Counted from the first letter of the stretch, positions 37,960 to 51,620 are shown. The stretch: 64,000 nucleotides of DNA from Vicugna vicugna (GCA_013265495.1 MU058451.1:248001-312000), one strand, 5' to 3'. A program made the numbers and translations. The notes: generated from the letters alone by a model not told the origin.

Positions 37960-38570
37960 ATTTAATAACTACAAATTAATAAGAAAAACACAACCCAATA
38001 GGAAAATGGGCAAAATACATTTACAGGCAATTAAGAAGAAAGAACCAAATGGCCAATCTCAACAGCAATCAGAGAATGTGTATTAAAACTAAAATGAAAT
38101 ACTATTTCATACCCTGCACATTGTCAAAAATTAAATCTTAAATCATATACCCTAAACCCAGCAATTCTCCTCCCAGAGAAATTCTCCCATGTATACAAGT
38201 TGACACACACAAAAACATTTGCCACTGGACTGCTTATAATTGCAAAAAACTGTAAACAACCTAACTGTTCACCAAGAGGGAAATGGACAGGTTGTGATAT
38301 GCTCATATAATGGAATGTTGTATGCCTGACTGACTTGCAAATACATGGATAGTGTCTCAAAACAACATAAAGCTATAGTAAAAAGGAAGCTGCAAAACCA
38401 AATGAGCAGTGTAGTACTAAGTCTTAAAACATACAAAATGATACCAAGTACTATAAACAATTAAATACACAAAGAGTAAAAGTAAAAAGCAAACATAAAA
38501 AGCATGGGCACAATAAACAACAAATTCAGGATGGCAGTTATCTCTGAGAAAAGAAAGAAAATGGTATCAA
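37960..38570 (+). mobile_element. Ancient L1 (L1ME-like)
   Basis: caacccaataggaaaatgggcaaa...cccagcaattctcctcc...aaacaacctaactgttcacc. Confidence 0.8.
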
Positions 38571-38759
38571 TAATCTAGAGAAAAGAGTTTTTTAATTGAT
38601 AAAGAACAAACATTTAAAATCCAGAAAAGAGAATGCTATGTTTCGGCAGTTCTCGATCAGAATGCATTACAAGACACTGGTTCTCTTTAACTTTTAGACT
38701 ATTATTGTATTTGTAATGTTTTTAATTGAATTTCTCTTTCAGACAATCAGTAACCAGGT

Positions 38760-39230
38760 TCTGATCAGCCTTTTTGATGCCAGGACCCTTGGTCCAGTTG
38801 CGACACTGTGTCCACTGTTCTAAACCAAGACTTCGCCTCTCTTCTCCTCCTCTCCAGTTCACCCCCAAACTCACCCTGTGCACCAAGAACAAATCAATCA
38901 ATATAAAATGTCACTTTGGTAATCTCCCTCATCAGATCCTGGAACTTCAATCTCTGATGGCAGCCACTGCCTGGAGAATGAAGGAAAAGGCTTTTCACCT
39001 AGCGTTTCAAGGACTCAGAGCTTTGCCTTCTGGTACCCCTCCTCCAGACACAGGGCTCTCTCTGGCTTTGCCCATTCCCTTTTCTTCCTTCTCATTCAAG
39101 CTGGGTCTTCTCTTGCCTGGAATGCTACCTCTCCACCACCCCTCTTCAGGTATCCAAACCGTAGCTGTCTTCCAAGGCTTGGCCACAAGTCTTATCTCCC
39201 CCAGAAACCTATCCCTAACCAATCTGCTCT
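38760..39230 (+). mobile_element. L2 fragment
   Basis: Pyrimidine-rich L2-like body (ctcttgcctggaatgct...). Confidence 0.6.
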
Positions 39231-40739
39231 AATTTGGTCTCATTCATCCATTCAGATACTTACTGGGTGTTGGCATGTGGCAGGAGACATAGCTCTGGCA
39301 TCACGCACGGAGTGCCTGTGTACACTACACATGAACGAAAAACTGCCCTGGTCCTCTTGTTAACGAGTACGTTAACCTCAGCTATGCTATAAGCTTCTTA
39401 AAGGCAAGGGATTCATTTTTCCCACAGGGGAAAATAACATAGTACTTTGTAGTGGTCAGAGTTCAACAAACATTCTCTGGTGAAATGAATTCTGAAATGG
39501 TAAGGTTAAATCGTCTAATTTTTTGATCAAAAATAATTAATGCTTATCCTTGGAGCTTTAAATAATGACATTGTCTTGTGCCTATTTGCACAACAAGAAT
39601 AATGGACTTGGAGTCAGAAGGTCCTGTTTGAACTTGGGCTCCACTACTTACTACCTCATAATTCTCCCATTAATCTCCATAAAATGAAAATATTCACAGC
39701 TATCTGAGAAGACTTTCGCAACTGTTATGGAGGAACAAGTAAATTAGTAAAGACCTATGTTGTTCGGTAAGGAGAGTGTCTAGTACTCATTCCTTAGTGC
39801 AACAAATAATTTATGAGGCTCTTCTCAATAGATGCCAATATCCTCATTTCCTAAAAGTACTTATAAAGATTCATTCCCTTTCTGACAGGTAATAGGAATG
39901 ACGTCTTTGACCAACATATGAAAGAAAAGAGGACCTACAAAAAAAGGCAATTAAAATATTTTAATAATATATTAAGTAATAATCTCTTAAGGCCATAAAA
40001 TTATTCTACATTGAAAACACCTTTATCATTCTATTTATCACAAAAAGCTAAGTACAAACAGTAGGTATTTATCACCCTGCAAAAGCACCAATGAAAATGG
40101 TGCCTGGAAAAGAGCAGAGAAATTACAAAATTGCTCATTAGAATAAATATGATCTCCATGAACTTTTTACTTCCTTTTACATAAAATTATTTTGTACTTG
40201 ACTTCCTGTTTTAAGTAGAATACACAGAAACTCACTAATGACTGGCTAGCTGGCCTACTTGATTTTTCAGAAGAATTACTAACCTCTGTAACAGATCCTC
40301 GCTGCTCTGCTAGGTAGAGCTGCCTACAGAAGCAGCAGCTGCTCTTGAAATCAGTTTCTACCACGTGGAGTCTGCCCTTGGGATCTCCCTTTGGAGCTCA
40401 TCCCTGGAACCTCATTTGCTCCCTGTCCTCACAGTCTTCTTGTTCAAGGCCCACTTCCCCGCTTTGGCAGTGTCACAGATCCCCCACTGGCCCTTCACTG
40501 CGGCTACCTGGGAGGCGCACTGAGACCCACCCCGGAGAGCTAATTTCCAGGAGACCACCCAGCCCATAATATCCCCTCTAAATTACTGCCACACAATCTG
40601 GACATGTTTAAATGATGTGGCAGCAAGCAGAAATTTGTGCATTTACCGTTCAGTTTGTAGGCAAAATCTTACATTAGGCATAGTTTGACTGTTTCTTCCC
40701 AGCCCGCTGTTCTGTACTACAATGCAAAATACAGGTAAC

Positions 40740-40960
40740 TACTGTATAGCTTAGTTATGGGCTCTGATGCCAGACTAGTTCAAACACTGGCCGCATCGGT
40801 TACCACATGTGTTACCTCATAAAAATTGTTTCACACCTACGTACCTCAGGTTCCTCTTCTGTGAAAGAGTAACCACCGCCAGCACCACTGCTGCCACCTC
40901 TGAAGTGTTATAGGATGGAATGAGTTAGAGCAAGGAAAACAGAACAGCACCTGATAGGAA
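40740..40960 (+). mobile_element. MIR SINE
   Basis: gggctctgatgccagactagttcaaac...cctcaggttcctcttctgtgaaa. Confidence 0.75.
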
Positions 40961-41535
40961 TTCTATACAAATTCTGTACTTTTAACAGGAGGTAACACCG
41001 CTTACTAGAGGAAGAGCTGTAAGCACAGTTTGAATTCTTAAACAGTAAGGTTGAGCGGGTTATCTTTCTGGTGAGTAAGCCCTTTTAAGCCTAAAAAAAA
41101 TTATAAATACAATACTACCAGCTACCTACCAGCTTATCAGTAAGGATGAATATTTATAATTTCTTCCCTATCAGGTTTATTGGTTTTACAAGGGAAAACA
41201 TTCCCTGTAGGGGGAAAATGTGAAACATAGGGAAAAGCAAAGAAAGAATGGAAACATATTTCCAATATCTAAAGATACCTATTGACAAAACTGGACAATT
41301 TTTTAACAATATGTAATTTAAAAAAATCAGCTGTGTAAAAATGAATCCTACCATTTCCACCTAACAGCATCATGAAAGTATTTTTCTTTTATTATTTTAG
41401 CCTTTGAAAATATAATTTTTAATAGTGCCATAATGCTCCAAGTTGAGTTCATGTATTTCTTATATCTGGGCAGGATTTTCTTCTAACAACTGCAACCATG
41501 CCACTGATTTTCACTTAACACATAAGCACACTTGC

Positions 41536-41652
41536 CATAAAAGAATGGTAACCACATCTACATTCATGAGTGTCCTGATTACTTTGCGTAGAACAAACAC
41601 TGGCACCATTCTAATGTCTGGTATAGCCAAAAACAACAATTGTAGCACGAGC
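41536..41652 (-). other. Candidate 117-nt exon with a GC donor
   Basis: tttttctcttcttgcgtctgttag|...ATG|gcaagt; open in one frame only. Confidence 0.25.
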
Positions 41653-44600
41653 CTAACAGACGCAAGAAGAGAAAAATATTAAAGGTGTGGCTTCAACTTC
41701 AATGCTAATTACCAATTTCAATTTTTCCCTAGGAACAAAGACAAACCTATTAACAACTTCAAACAATCTATAAAATACTATATATCTATATATATATAAT
41801 ACATAAATCTACATTCTGTCCCCCTCAATTCATCCACAATAAATAAAATTCACAGGTATGCCTATGTTGAAACTTTAATGTTCAATGTAGTAGCTTAGGG
41901 TGACTTCTTCGGTTATTGGAGAGGTTTTAAAAATACAAACGCTCACTGAAACCCCAATTATTAATTTTGCCACATTTGATTTACCACTCAGCAAGCAGTG
42001 AAAATGTTTCGTTTACAAAAACAGTTGGGGAAGCACCATGGCTTAACGACATGAGCCACTCGCCCGGGAAGGCGAGAACCAGGATTCCTGTCCCAGCACA
42101 GCCTGTGAGTAACTGTGGAACAGACAGAAAATTGTTTTCTAACTCCAGGCCTTAACTTTAAAGGAATTACACGATTCTTAGGGCCTCTTCCAGCTCTAAA
42201 AGAAAGAGGCTAAGAAACAAAGACGATTACAGTACCATCATCAGCATGCAAATCACTTACTACCATAGGACAGATGATTCTTACTGATAGAAATCACATC
42301 CTAACACCTGGAATTCTGTTCGATGCTGTCCCGGACAGCCTGCACTTCCTTGTTATGAAAATGGATTTTCTTTAAAATTAAAAAATTAAAATAAAGAAAC
42401 CGCTTTAGTCTTTCCTGCCACCTTGACACCCCTCTTTTTAGAACAACTAAAAATTAAAATTAAGTATTTGTAGTTGTTTTCATGGAAGAAACTTGCTTTT
42501 ATGGTGCACAAGAAAACTTATTTTGAAATCTGCCAAAGCAACAGACATCAATACTGTCAGTTCAAATAAATATGCTTGCATAGTTAATAAAAAAGAGTGC
42601 TGTATGTAATCATGCTTGAATTCATTTATTCTGAACATATACCTATGAGCAATTAGCTTAAAGATAAAGACAATGGTGAATTATCCACCCCATACTTAGT
42701 TAAAATAGAGCACTGCTTTGTAGTTTTCAAAACAGACTAAATTAGTAACTAAAAATCTATGAATGTGCTTCAGAATGCTAATTTTCTTAATGTTTTATTC
42801 ATTTGTAATATGCAGTAAAAGGGAAGATACATATTGAAAATGTATCTTAGCCCATCAAAAAAAGCAACACAGGTGTGTGTGTGTGTTTTTTTTTTATAGT
42901 ATTTTTCTTAAGGCGAGAACGCCTCTATTTGCCATCTTTCAAATACACATTCATTCCTGCTCCTGATAATAAACAAGATGCAATACAGTAAATGATAGGT
43001 TTGTGGTATCTTTTTCTTTAGTGAATAGAAAATAATAAACTCAAAGAAATGGGGCAGAGTAAGCACCAGAGTACTGTCAAGGGACTACGCTTATTAATAT
43101 TAATTTTTCACATGTTTCAACTGACTAAATGTACGTGTAATTGGTACCCTGGTTGTAAATTTAAACTGCTGTGCTTATGTGAGCATTGTGTAATAGGCAG
43201 TCATTACGCGCTTTCTTCTGTGTTCTCTAATGGGAAAACTGAGAAGCTCTCTCCCCTTTTTAAATTAAATGCTTTAATAAAGTTGGGTTTTTAGGGGAAC
43301 AAATACTCAAACTTCTTACGTTGTAAATTACTAAAAGCTGCTCTCACTGGACTTGACTGTGTAGAAACTACAGTGATTAAATGCTTTCCAGAGCTTACAT
43401 GTTAGTGCTTTCAACATCAAAAAGTAAAAGCAGAATCATGTCAGCGCGGCAATGCCAAGCTTTAGACAAAGAGTGAGCAACAGCACAGTGTGGCCAGGGC
43501 CTGGCCGCTGATGAGACAGGCAGAGCCGTCACAGCAAACTGCAAGGACTGAAGATCATTTGCTCTGATCCCGTGTGCCTGTACACTAGCTCAGAACCCAC
43601 GTGTCTGCCAACGTGGCTTCTACACGTTAAACTAGCTCGCTCCTGAATCACACCGCCTCATGAAGGAAGTTCCTAGCTGAAACCCCTTCCCTCTCCACAG
43701 AAGATACTTTCCACAGGAAAAAATTTAGAGAGGTTTCTAATAAACTGGATGAGGAGACTGGAAAAATCTGGGGATTCTGCACACAGGCATAATTACTGAA
43801 AGAAATGTATAAAAAGATGTTTATTTTGAGTCAAGTGATTTCCAACTTGTAGAAATTTACCTATAAATACTTGAAAAATAGAGTTTTGAAAACACACTTT
43901 TTTGTACATTAGAATGTGTTCAAACTTGGTAAAATCTGTGATATCTCTGAAATGTCAAGCTTTCTCACTTTCCTTCTCTCATCTTTAAATTGCCTCTAAA
44001 CTTTCATCGCAAGTATTCCGCTACAGGTACAGACATGGCTAAAATGCATTCATCCCAGAAGGAGGGATGTTTACAGAAATTAAGCCAGATTCAGTCAAAG
44101 CACAGCACATGCTTCAACATGAAAATTCTACCCCCTCCTCCAAAACATCCTTAGTAGTGTCTGTCTAACTTCAGGTCTCTTCTACTCCTCCCTTAAGTTT
44201 TCTTTGTCATTTTCTGTTTATATTACTGTGTGCTTTCCCTTTGATAACAGTAATTTTAAAAGGCTAAAGAAATTCTCCTCTGGCGGTAGATTTAATGGAG
44301 CAGACTCTTAACCTACTGGTCTAAAAGCAGAGAATCCCTTTGCTCCACCTCCTAACATCTGTCACAAGAGTCAGATTACAAATCAACCCAATGAGAGGAT
44401 CAAGGAGTGTGTAAGTGAAGAGGGAAAACAAGGACTAGGAACAACCTAGTGCTTAGGTCGTCAGGTAGAAACCATAATGTGATTTCCATTCTTGACACAA
44501 TCATACAGAGGGACATCATGCTAGAAATTAACATTAAACTGAACGTTTAATACTTGAAATAAAAAGAACATTCTAGTTTCCTAACTAAATAGGAATCCTC

Positions 44601-47600
44601 TTTGATGATGCAATAACCCCCTTTATTGTTCAATCTGTGAAGATTTATTAGACACATACAAAAAATAAATCTTTTTAATGAAGCAGATCTTTCATCCTCG
44701 GTTTTTTAAAGTCATTTCTAATGCCATCAGAAATATTAACACGGAAATACATTAATCACAAACCAACTAATACAATGTATGTAGCCACTTATGCATGTTA
44801 CTAGAAAAATAACTTTACCTTTGATATTTTCTATTTTAAAAACTGACCTGTACACTGCTTTCAATAATTGTGTTTCTAAATCTTCTTAGAGTATTGAAAT
44901 GGATAAGGAAATTAATCACTACCTATTTACAGGCTGCCAGGTATACTTTTAATTCTGTAAATGATAAGGGAAGACTAAGGCAGTCGGCAAACATCTCAGA
45001 AACTTGAGTCTAAATGATTTTAACTTACAACTTCATGCCAGAAAAACTTATTTCAAGGAAACATTTGACTAAAGCAACAATAAAAACTTGGAAAATGCTG
45101 AATTTTTAAGGTACTTGATGGTTCTCTAATATATAGAGACACCCAAAGATCCAACTTTCCCCCATTAAAACATTGACATTTCCAAAGTGTACAGAGTGTA
45201 ACCTGATCATCATTGCTGTGAAGGATAAGAGTTGACTATATGCTAAATCTTGCCATCTGTAGGTGCTTTACACAACTCTAGTTTTTCTTTTTTAAATAGG
45301 GTCAAAAGTTTACAGTGTATTTTCCTACTCATTGCCAATCACAAAATTCTTTTATGTTATGTCATCTTTGAACAACTCTGAATCATGTGGGTACCACCCA
45401 ATCATAAATTTGCACAGTGAGCTCTATCCCCAAATCCATTCACATCCCTGTTACGGGTAGTCTTTAATGATTAAGCAAATAATATTTATTTATACTCTGA
45501 GCAAAAGGATTAAACTGCCCCTAAAATAATTCTCCCAAAGACACCACTTACAGAATACAACAATTATTCTAACTCAAAGACTCCTAGACGAAACCACTGA
45601 TGGCTTGTAATCCAACAGTTCACACAGAATGTGAATTGGAAAGTATTTATACTCAGGACCTCGATTTCATTGTTACTAAGTGAACTCTACTTACATTCAA
45701 GATGCTACTAACCCCACTCACTTCACCTCTAATGTTCACAGCACAAACACTGATGTAACGTCTCCCATGATTGGGGTTCAGGACTGGAGAACTGTCACAG
45801 CGAGTTAGACCACACAGATCTACAGTACAATTAAACATATTAAAATGTCCGTATATAAAGAGCCCATACATGGCTAATAAAAAGGCCCTTTCACCCAACC
45901 AGTAGGTTGATCTGCAGTTCTGATGATTTTAAATCAGCAACAAGTCCAAATTAAAAAAAAAAGTGCAAACATGCCACTTTCTAAAATTCTCTCATTTTAT
46001 AACTTCATTTCTCTCATTTACAGTTATCAAAGTGAATTTGCCAAAGCCTGTTCTTAATTAGTTCACAGGAAATTTCCAGTAAATTGAAATCATCACCATA
46101 AATTCAGCAGGAGTAATGTGAAACTATCTAAGGACAGAATATAGTCCTTAAGGAGAAATGAGAAAGCACTAACCTATAGCTGCAGTTTACCTTATAAAAG
46201 AATTATATACCCATATAAAAATCATGGAAATTTGAATTCTGTTCTCATTATATAAAGAAAATTTAATATTTTAAAAAAAACCTTCTGAGTCCTATTTTTA
46301 AACTGAATAATTTCGTAGTACCTATGATCAACTCCTATTTAAACTATTTTATATGTAGGAATCTGTTATATTAAAATGACTTAAACCAATGTAATAAAAT
46401 AGTACTCTAATTCCAAAAACAACCAGCCCCAGCTAGATGAAGAACAAGTTAAGTGAAGAAAATATGAAAGAAATTTTGAATTAATGTTTCTAATTAGCAA
46501 GGGCTTTCACATAGACTTGAAAGAAATTTCCCTTTCCCAATTACTCAGAACACCAACACAAAGAACTGGACCCTAACTGACAATTCTTTCAAAGATCCAG
46601 GATGGGACAGATGTGATCAAACAGCAGAATACAATGTTCACCAATTTCTAAAAAATTGCAACAAAAATCCTGTGAGATAGACAGATAGATGGATGGATGG
46701 ATGGTGGTTCCTATTCTTAAATAACACCTCTGAAAATTATGAAGGCTGCACAGCTGGCAGTATGGCAGAAATATTTTGGGCAAAAAAGTAAGCTCACTCT
46801 GCTCAAAGTTAATGCTAGACTGTAAAAAGAGCTTTTTGTCAACTCACATTTAAGGTAAAATATTGACTGAAAAGACTTTTGAAAAGATCTAGAATTGTTT
46901 CTCTTTCTATTAATGATTCCCTAATTACCACAGACACACTTCAATGTTTGCCAGTAACTTAAATAGAAGAATTTTACAATATACTCAGAATTCTAGTTGC
47001 TTCCTCTAAGATAAAAAGAGGCACAATACTAATGTGAAATGGATATGCCAAAATTAAATGAAAAGAGAGAAAAATGAAGAAAGAAATCTAGGACAGGACC
47101 CATAACAGCACTGCAATTAAAAAGACAAGGAAAGGAAATTCTCGGGGAAGACAAATAAATCCTCCAGCCTCTAAGATGAGGGACTTGCTCTTGGGGGAAA
47201 AGATTAACATTCAAGAACAGCAAATTGAGGGGATTTAAGAAGCGAATTCAAAAATACTGCAGCAAAGCTGAGTGCCAATTTTTAAATTTAGCTACAATTC
47301 TTGAAACAATTCTCTAAAATTCCGACACAGACCTTTTAAAAACATAGACATCATCTGCATATACATGGTATTTCAAAACCCCTGATAACCTTTATCAGCT
47401 ACTAACATTCTACCTTATATTTTGCTGTCTCATTTTACAAGTAAAATAATTTTAGACTCAGTAACAAACAATGATAAAGTATAAATATACTGAAGCCAAT
47501 ATACCTTGTCTTAAACAATTCCTAGGATTCTTTCTGGGCGGAGCTTACAGAGTTTCTCCACTTAGGCTTGACCTTCAGTCCCAACCATGGACAATTTTTG

Positions 47601-47881
47601 TAACTTCCCATTTCCTTGGTTTCTGTTTAAAATAGTCAAGTTGTTGTTTTTGTTTTTTTCTGTGTTTAATCCAGCGATCATATAAAAACGAAATGAGACA
47701 AAAAGGCCAAAGTGGTCTGCAAAATATTTTTGCAATGAAGTAGAACTGACAGAAGTCACCTGAGAGTTGAGTGACATTCAACTGTCCGATTGCCTTCTGA
47801 AACCCTACATGTTTGTTGCCCTGTTGTTACTTTACCTTCCTGGTTAGAGCATGCTTTCTATCATCCTGTACTTTTGCTCTA

Positions 47882-47916
47882 CATCATCATCATCATCATT
47901 ATTACTATTATTATTA
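47882..47916. repeat. (CAT)6(TAT)n trinucleotide microsatellite
   Basis: Read directly. Confidence 0.9.
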
Positions 47917-48484
47917 CCCCATGCCTTTTTTGTTGTTCCAAGTAAGAATCTTTTCCTTCCATTTTAAAAAACTCAAAGAATGGGCAAAAAATTGTTTAAT
48001 GGTCCTCTTTGAAGATCTCCAATACACTAATTTTTTCAGTTAAATGAAACTGACCCTGAAAGTGTTTTAAGATACCCCGAATCCTTGTATGCTGAAATAA
48101 AATCTTTCATTGCCTTCTTAAATGGTGTTCTTTGGTAACATATTAATAACAGTATTAACAGTTAGAGAGAGAAGTAAAGATATTTTACTCTTATACTAAA
48201 TGTTCTACAAATGCTATTTTTAGGTCACATCTGTAAGTTATTAATATTTTAATATGAATTTGATAATGATCAGCATTCTCACTGTCATTTCTTTTTTATG
48301 AATATATGACAACTTATCCATTCTCCTGTTGTTAGACATTTAAGGTGTTTTTTATTTTCCAATTTTATGCTATCTCCTCACTGTCATTTCTTGACGTATT
48401 TTATATGCCTGATTCCACCAGCTGGTCTTCTGTTTTTCAGATAAATTAGGGGTGACTTTACTCCCATAATCATATTCATATTTA

Positions 48485-48975
48485 TGTAACAGCTAAAAGT
48501 CACATACCATACCATTCAGATCATTTAAATGTGCACAATTCAATGGTTTTCAGTATACTCAGAGTTGTGTACTCAACACCACTATCAGTTTTAGTACATG
48601 TTTATCACTAGTAAGAAGCCTCGTTGGCAGCCTCTCCCATTCCTCCCCCCCCACCCCAGTCCAGTCCCTGGCAACAACTAATCAGCTTTCTATCTCCACA
48701 GATCTGATGATTCTGGACATTTCTTACGCGTGGAACCATATAACATGTGGCCTATTATTACTGGCTTCTTTCACTAAACACAGTATCTTCAAGGCCAATC
48801 CACTTTGCAGTATGTTTCAGTACTTCATTGCTTTTTATTGCTAAATAATATTCTATGGTACGGATGTAACACATTTTATTTATCTTGCTAACAGACATTC
48901 GGTTATTTTCAGGTTTTGGCAATTGTGAATAAAGCTGCTGTGAACATTCTCATATTCATACTTTTGTGAACACAG
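48485..48975 (-). mobile_element. L1MB-like 3' region
   Basis: aattcaatggttttcagtatactcagagttgtg...ccctggcaacaactaatcagctttctatctc...ttgtgaataaagctgctgtgaacatt. Confidence 0.9.
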
Positions 48976-49019
48976 AAAATCTACTAGCTAGTCTTTGCTA
49001 GTGCCTGATGTAGATCACA

Positions 49020-49660
49020 GGGCGCCTGGATATCTGAAGACAAAGCCACGTCTTCTATGGGGCCTGGAAAGATTCCTCCATTCCTAAGCATTCCATCGCT
49101 ACCTTCCCACCAAGCCGCTTTGACACTGCTCAAATCTCCTATAACTCCATCCCCTCCACCATTATCCACTCCGTTCACCTCCTCATCTCACCTGATGACT
49201 TCAATGGCCTACATGTGGCCCAGCCTCCAGTCTTGCCCTCTGCTAGTCCACATGCCCCCAGCACAGGGCATTCATTCCAAAATACAGATTTCACCTTTTC
49301 ATTTCCCTGCATCAAATCCTTCAATAAATCCCCACAGCACTTAAAGTAAAATTGCCTTCATAAGTCAAAGACTCTTAGATGATCTTCATCTCTGACTACT
49401 TCTGCTGCATCTGTAAGAGATTATTTCAGTTAATTACTGTCTCTCACCACAGGATCTTTGTAAATGCTGCCCTCTCTGTCTGGGACTGCCCCTCCTCCCC
49501 CGGGGGGGAGTCTCTGAGCTACAGAATTGTTTATACTCTACCTTTTAATATACCCATCATCTCTATGACAACATAAGCTCCAAATGAGCAAAATTTGTGT
49601 TTTCTCATAGTTAGTGGATCTAGAACAATGAATGGCATTCTCAACACGTATTTGTGGTTT
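49020..49660 (+). mobile_element. L2 3' portion
   Basis: Pyrimidine-rich body ending ataagctccaaatgagc...tctagaacaatgaatggca...tcaacacgtatttg. Confidence 0.65.
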
Positions 49661-49779
49661 TGATGAGAGAATGCTACTTACTGGCATACCTGATTCCTGT
49701 GAGGTAGGAAGGACTTTTCTAGGCTCTGGGCTTGGGAAAAACCCACAAAACAACAAACCTTATTCTTGGCTCTCTCTCT

Positions 49780-50230
49780 ACAACACAGGAAAGTAACCCT
49801 CCACTGTCGGGTCATATGGTTCCTGATGTGACAGCCATCACTTCCAACAGTCCCTAGTGTGACCAGAGTCTAGAGAAAATGCTTGCTCTATCCCCAGTCC
49901 CGGCAGGACTGACTGATAAATAGGTGGGCAATATACGCTGGGCCAGTGAGTGTCATTCCTGTGGTTTTTGTTGGCGCTATCAGGAAAGAAACACTCTTTA
50001 GAACACTGGCTGTTAAAATGATGTAAGCCAGAGCTGCTGAGGGCCTTCTCTGTCATCACATACGGTCCTAATTGAAAAAAGAAGCCATCAAAGGAAAGAG
50101 AGACATTTCTGGTGACACCATCTCCCATCCAGATGTGCCCAAAGCTGCTTGCGGCCTTGGACTTTCCATTTAGATAAGGAAATAAATTCCAACGTGGCTC
50201 ATACTGGTTTGAGTTGGGTTTCAGGGCTAC
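49780..50230 (+). mobile_element. Old MLT1-type LTR
   Basis: gatgtaagccagagctgctg...ccttggactttcc...aataaattcc...ggtttgagttgggtttc. Confidence 0.65.
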
Positions 50231-51119
50231 ACCTCAGGAACCATCTACCTGCGTTGGCCTATAATTAGGCATCAAAGAAGTGACCATACCAATTTCTCAT
50301 TGTTGGTGCCATTTTACACCATATAAACTACAAATTTAAAAAAGCTCAGGCAAAACATATGCCCTGTCCCTAGGGATACCTTGGTAGAAGGCATGACTTC
50401 TGGTACCAGAGCTGGACACCTGCTACTTCCTTTGTTGGGTGAAACAATGCAACAGTGTTGCCAGAGCCAGGGCAGAATCCTAAGCCCCCTGGAAACTAGG
50501 ACACGTAAAGCTTTCAGGATGATAAAAGCCAGCACCAGAATTAGACGCACGGAGAGAAACCACGATTCTGTGGGAATCCATGTCACTTGCTTTAATTCTT
50601 AAGACTTTTTTTTTAATCTACATAACTACAGATAAAATTTATTTGCATCCTAGGGGAACCAATCTGGTGAAACGAAAAGAACAGGTTTAGTTACGTAGAA
50701 TTCTCCCAATTTCACGTAAGATGTAGGAATACTGAATTTTATACTCAGTACATCAACTACTTACCTTTGGATGAATTAAAAGGCGGGGAGCCAGGTTACA
50801 AGGTGCTCATGAAACAAAACTGGGTGGTTCAGCTAAGCTAGATTTCTTTTCTTGAAGACAGGGGAAGATACTGAAATTCAGACATTATCTGTGTCCTCGG
50901 TAACTGACAGAGCACAACAGTAAGGACAGTATCCCAGAGGAAAATCGGAAAATCCGATTTGAGTGCTAGCATGCATCCCACGCAGGCTTGGAGCATCTTC
51001 TGACCAGTTTTAGTTATTCCCCACAGAAGCCCACCCTATCCCTTACCACCAGGCCCTCTCTCCTTAAGAATGGTTTTGTATAACATGGTTGGTGGCTTCC
51101 CACTACACGAGAAATACCA

Positions 51120-51620
51120 AGACTGGGAGGCGGTGTGGAAAGAGCGCCGCACCAGACACAGCCATGCCAGGGAAGGCGGGGCGGGGAGGAGGGGCTCGGG
51201 GATCAGTGGGCCTGGCCGCGGAAGCGGCTGAGGAAGATGTTAACTAGGCATCATGAGTCAGTCATTAAATTTTAGGGAAAAAATATATTAGAAATCTTAG
51301 GTATGAAAGATGCTTCTGTAGCTGTAGCGACTTAAATCCCTCTTCCATTCAGGAAGCATAAGCACCTGGTGAGAGAGAAAACATGCTTGTGGCCTCCCGC
51401 GCATCAGGGGAAAAGTAAGTTCCCCGCACTTTGGCCAGGGAGTATTCCCAGAGAAGCCTCTAAACCGGGACAGTCACCGCCCCGCTGACTTTTCTGGGAT
51501 GGGGGCGGCGAAAGGAAAGACACTAAACAGAAGCAGAGGCCTCACAGCGAAGGGAGAGCTGGCCCAGCAGCGCCCCGCCAGGCGCCCAGGACGCCGGGCT
51601 TGGACCTGGCGGGGCAGGGA
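51120..51620. promoter_or_regulatory. CpG/GC-rich patch with GC boxes and AP-1; candidate internal promoter or enhancer
   Basis: GGCGGGGCGGGG at 51175-51186, TGAGTCA at 51254-51260, many CpGs; minus-strand donors at 51047 and 50765 lie just downstream. Confidence 0.55.

Noticed and set aside
38774..39232. Longest ORF (152 aa)
   Set aside because: Lies in pyrimidine-rich L2-like sequence; the Leu/Pro/Ser bias reflects base composition.
39880..40570. Exon pair (donor GAG|gttagt near 40283, acceptor ttttgtag near 39934)
   Set aside because: Plausible signals but no consistent frame or second boundary; too weak to call.
45690..47770. Further exon-like segments (about 45799-45726 and 47759-47505)
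   Set aside because: Weak acceptors, ambiguous donors and stops; indistinguishable from pseudo-exons by eye.
47882..47916. Poly-His/poly-Tyr coding tract
   Set aside because: A simple microsatellite in a spurious ORF.
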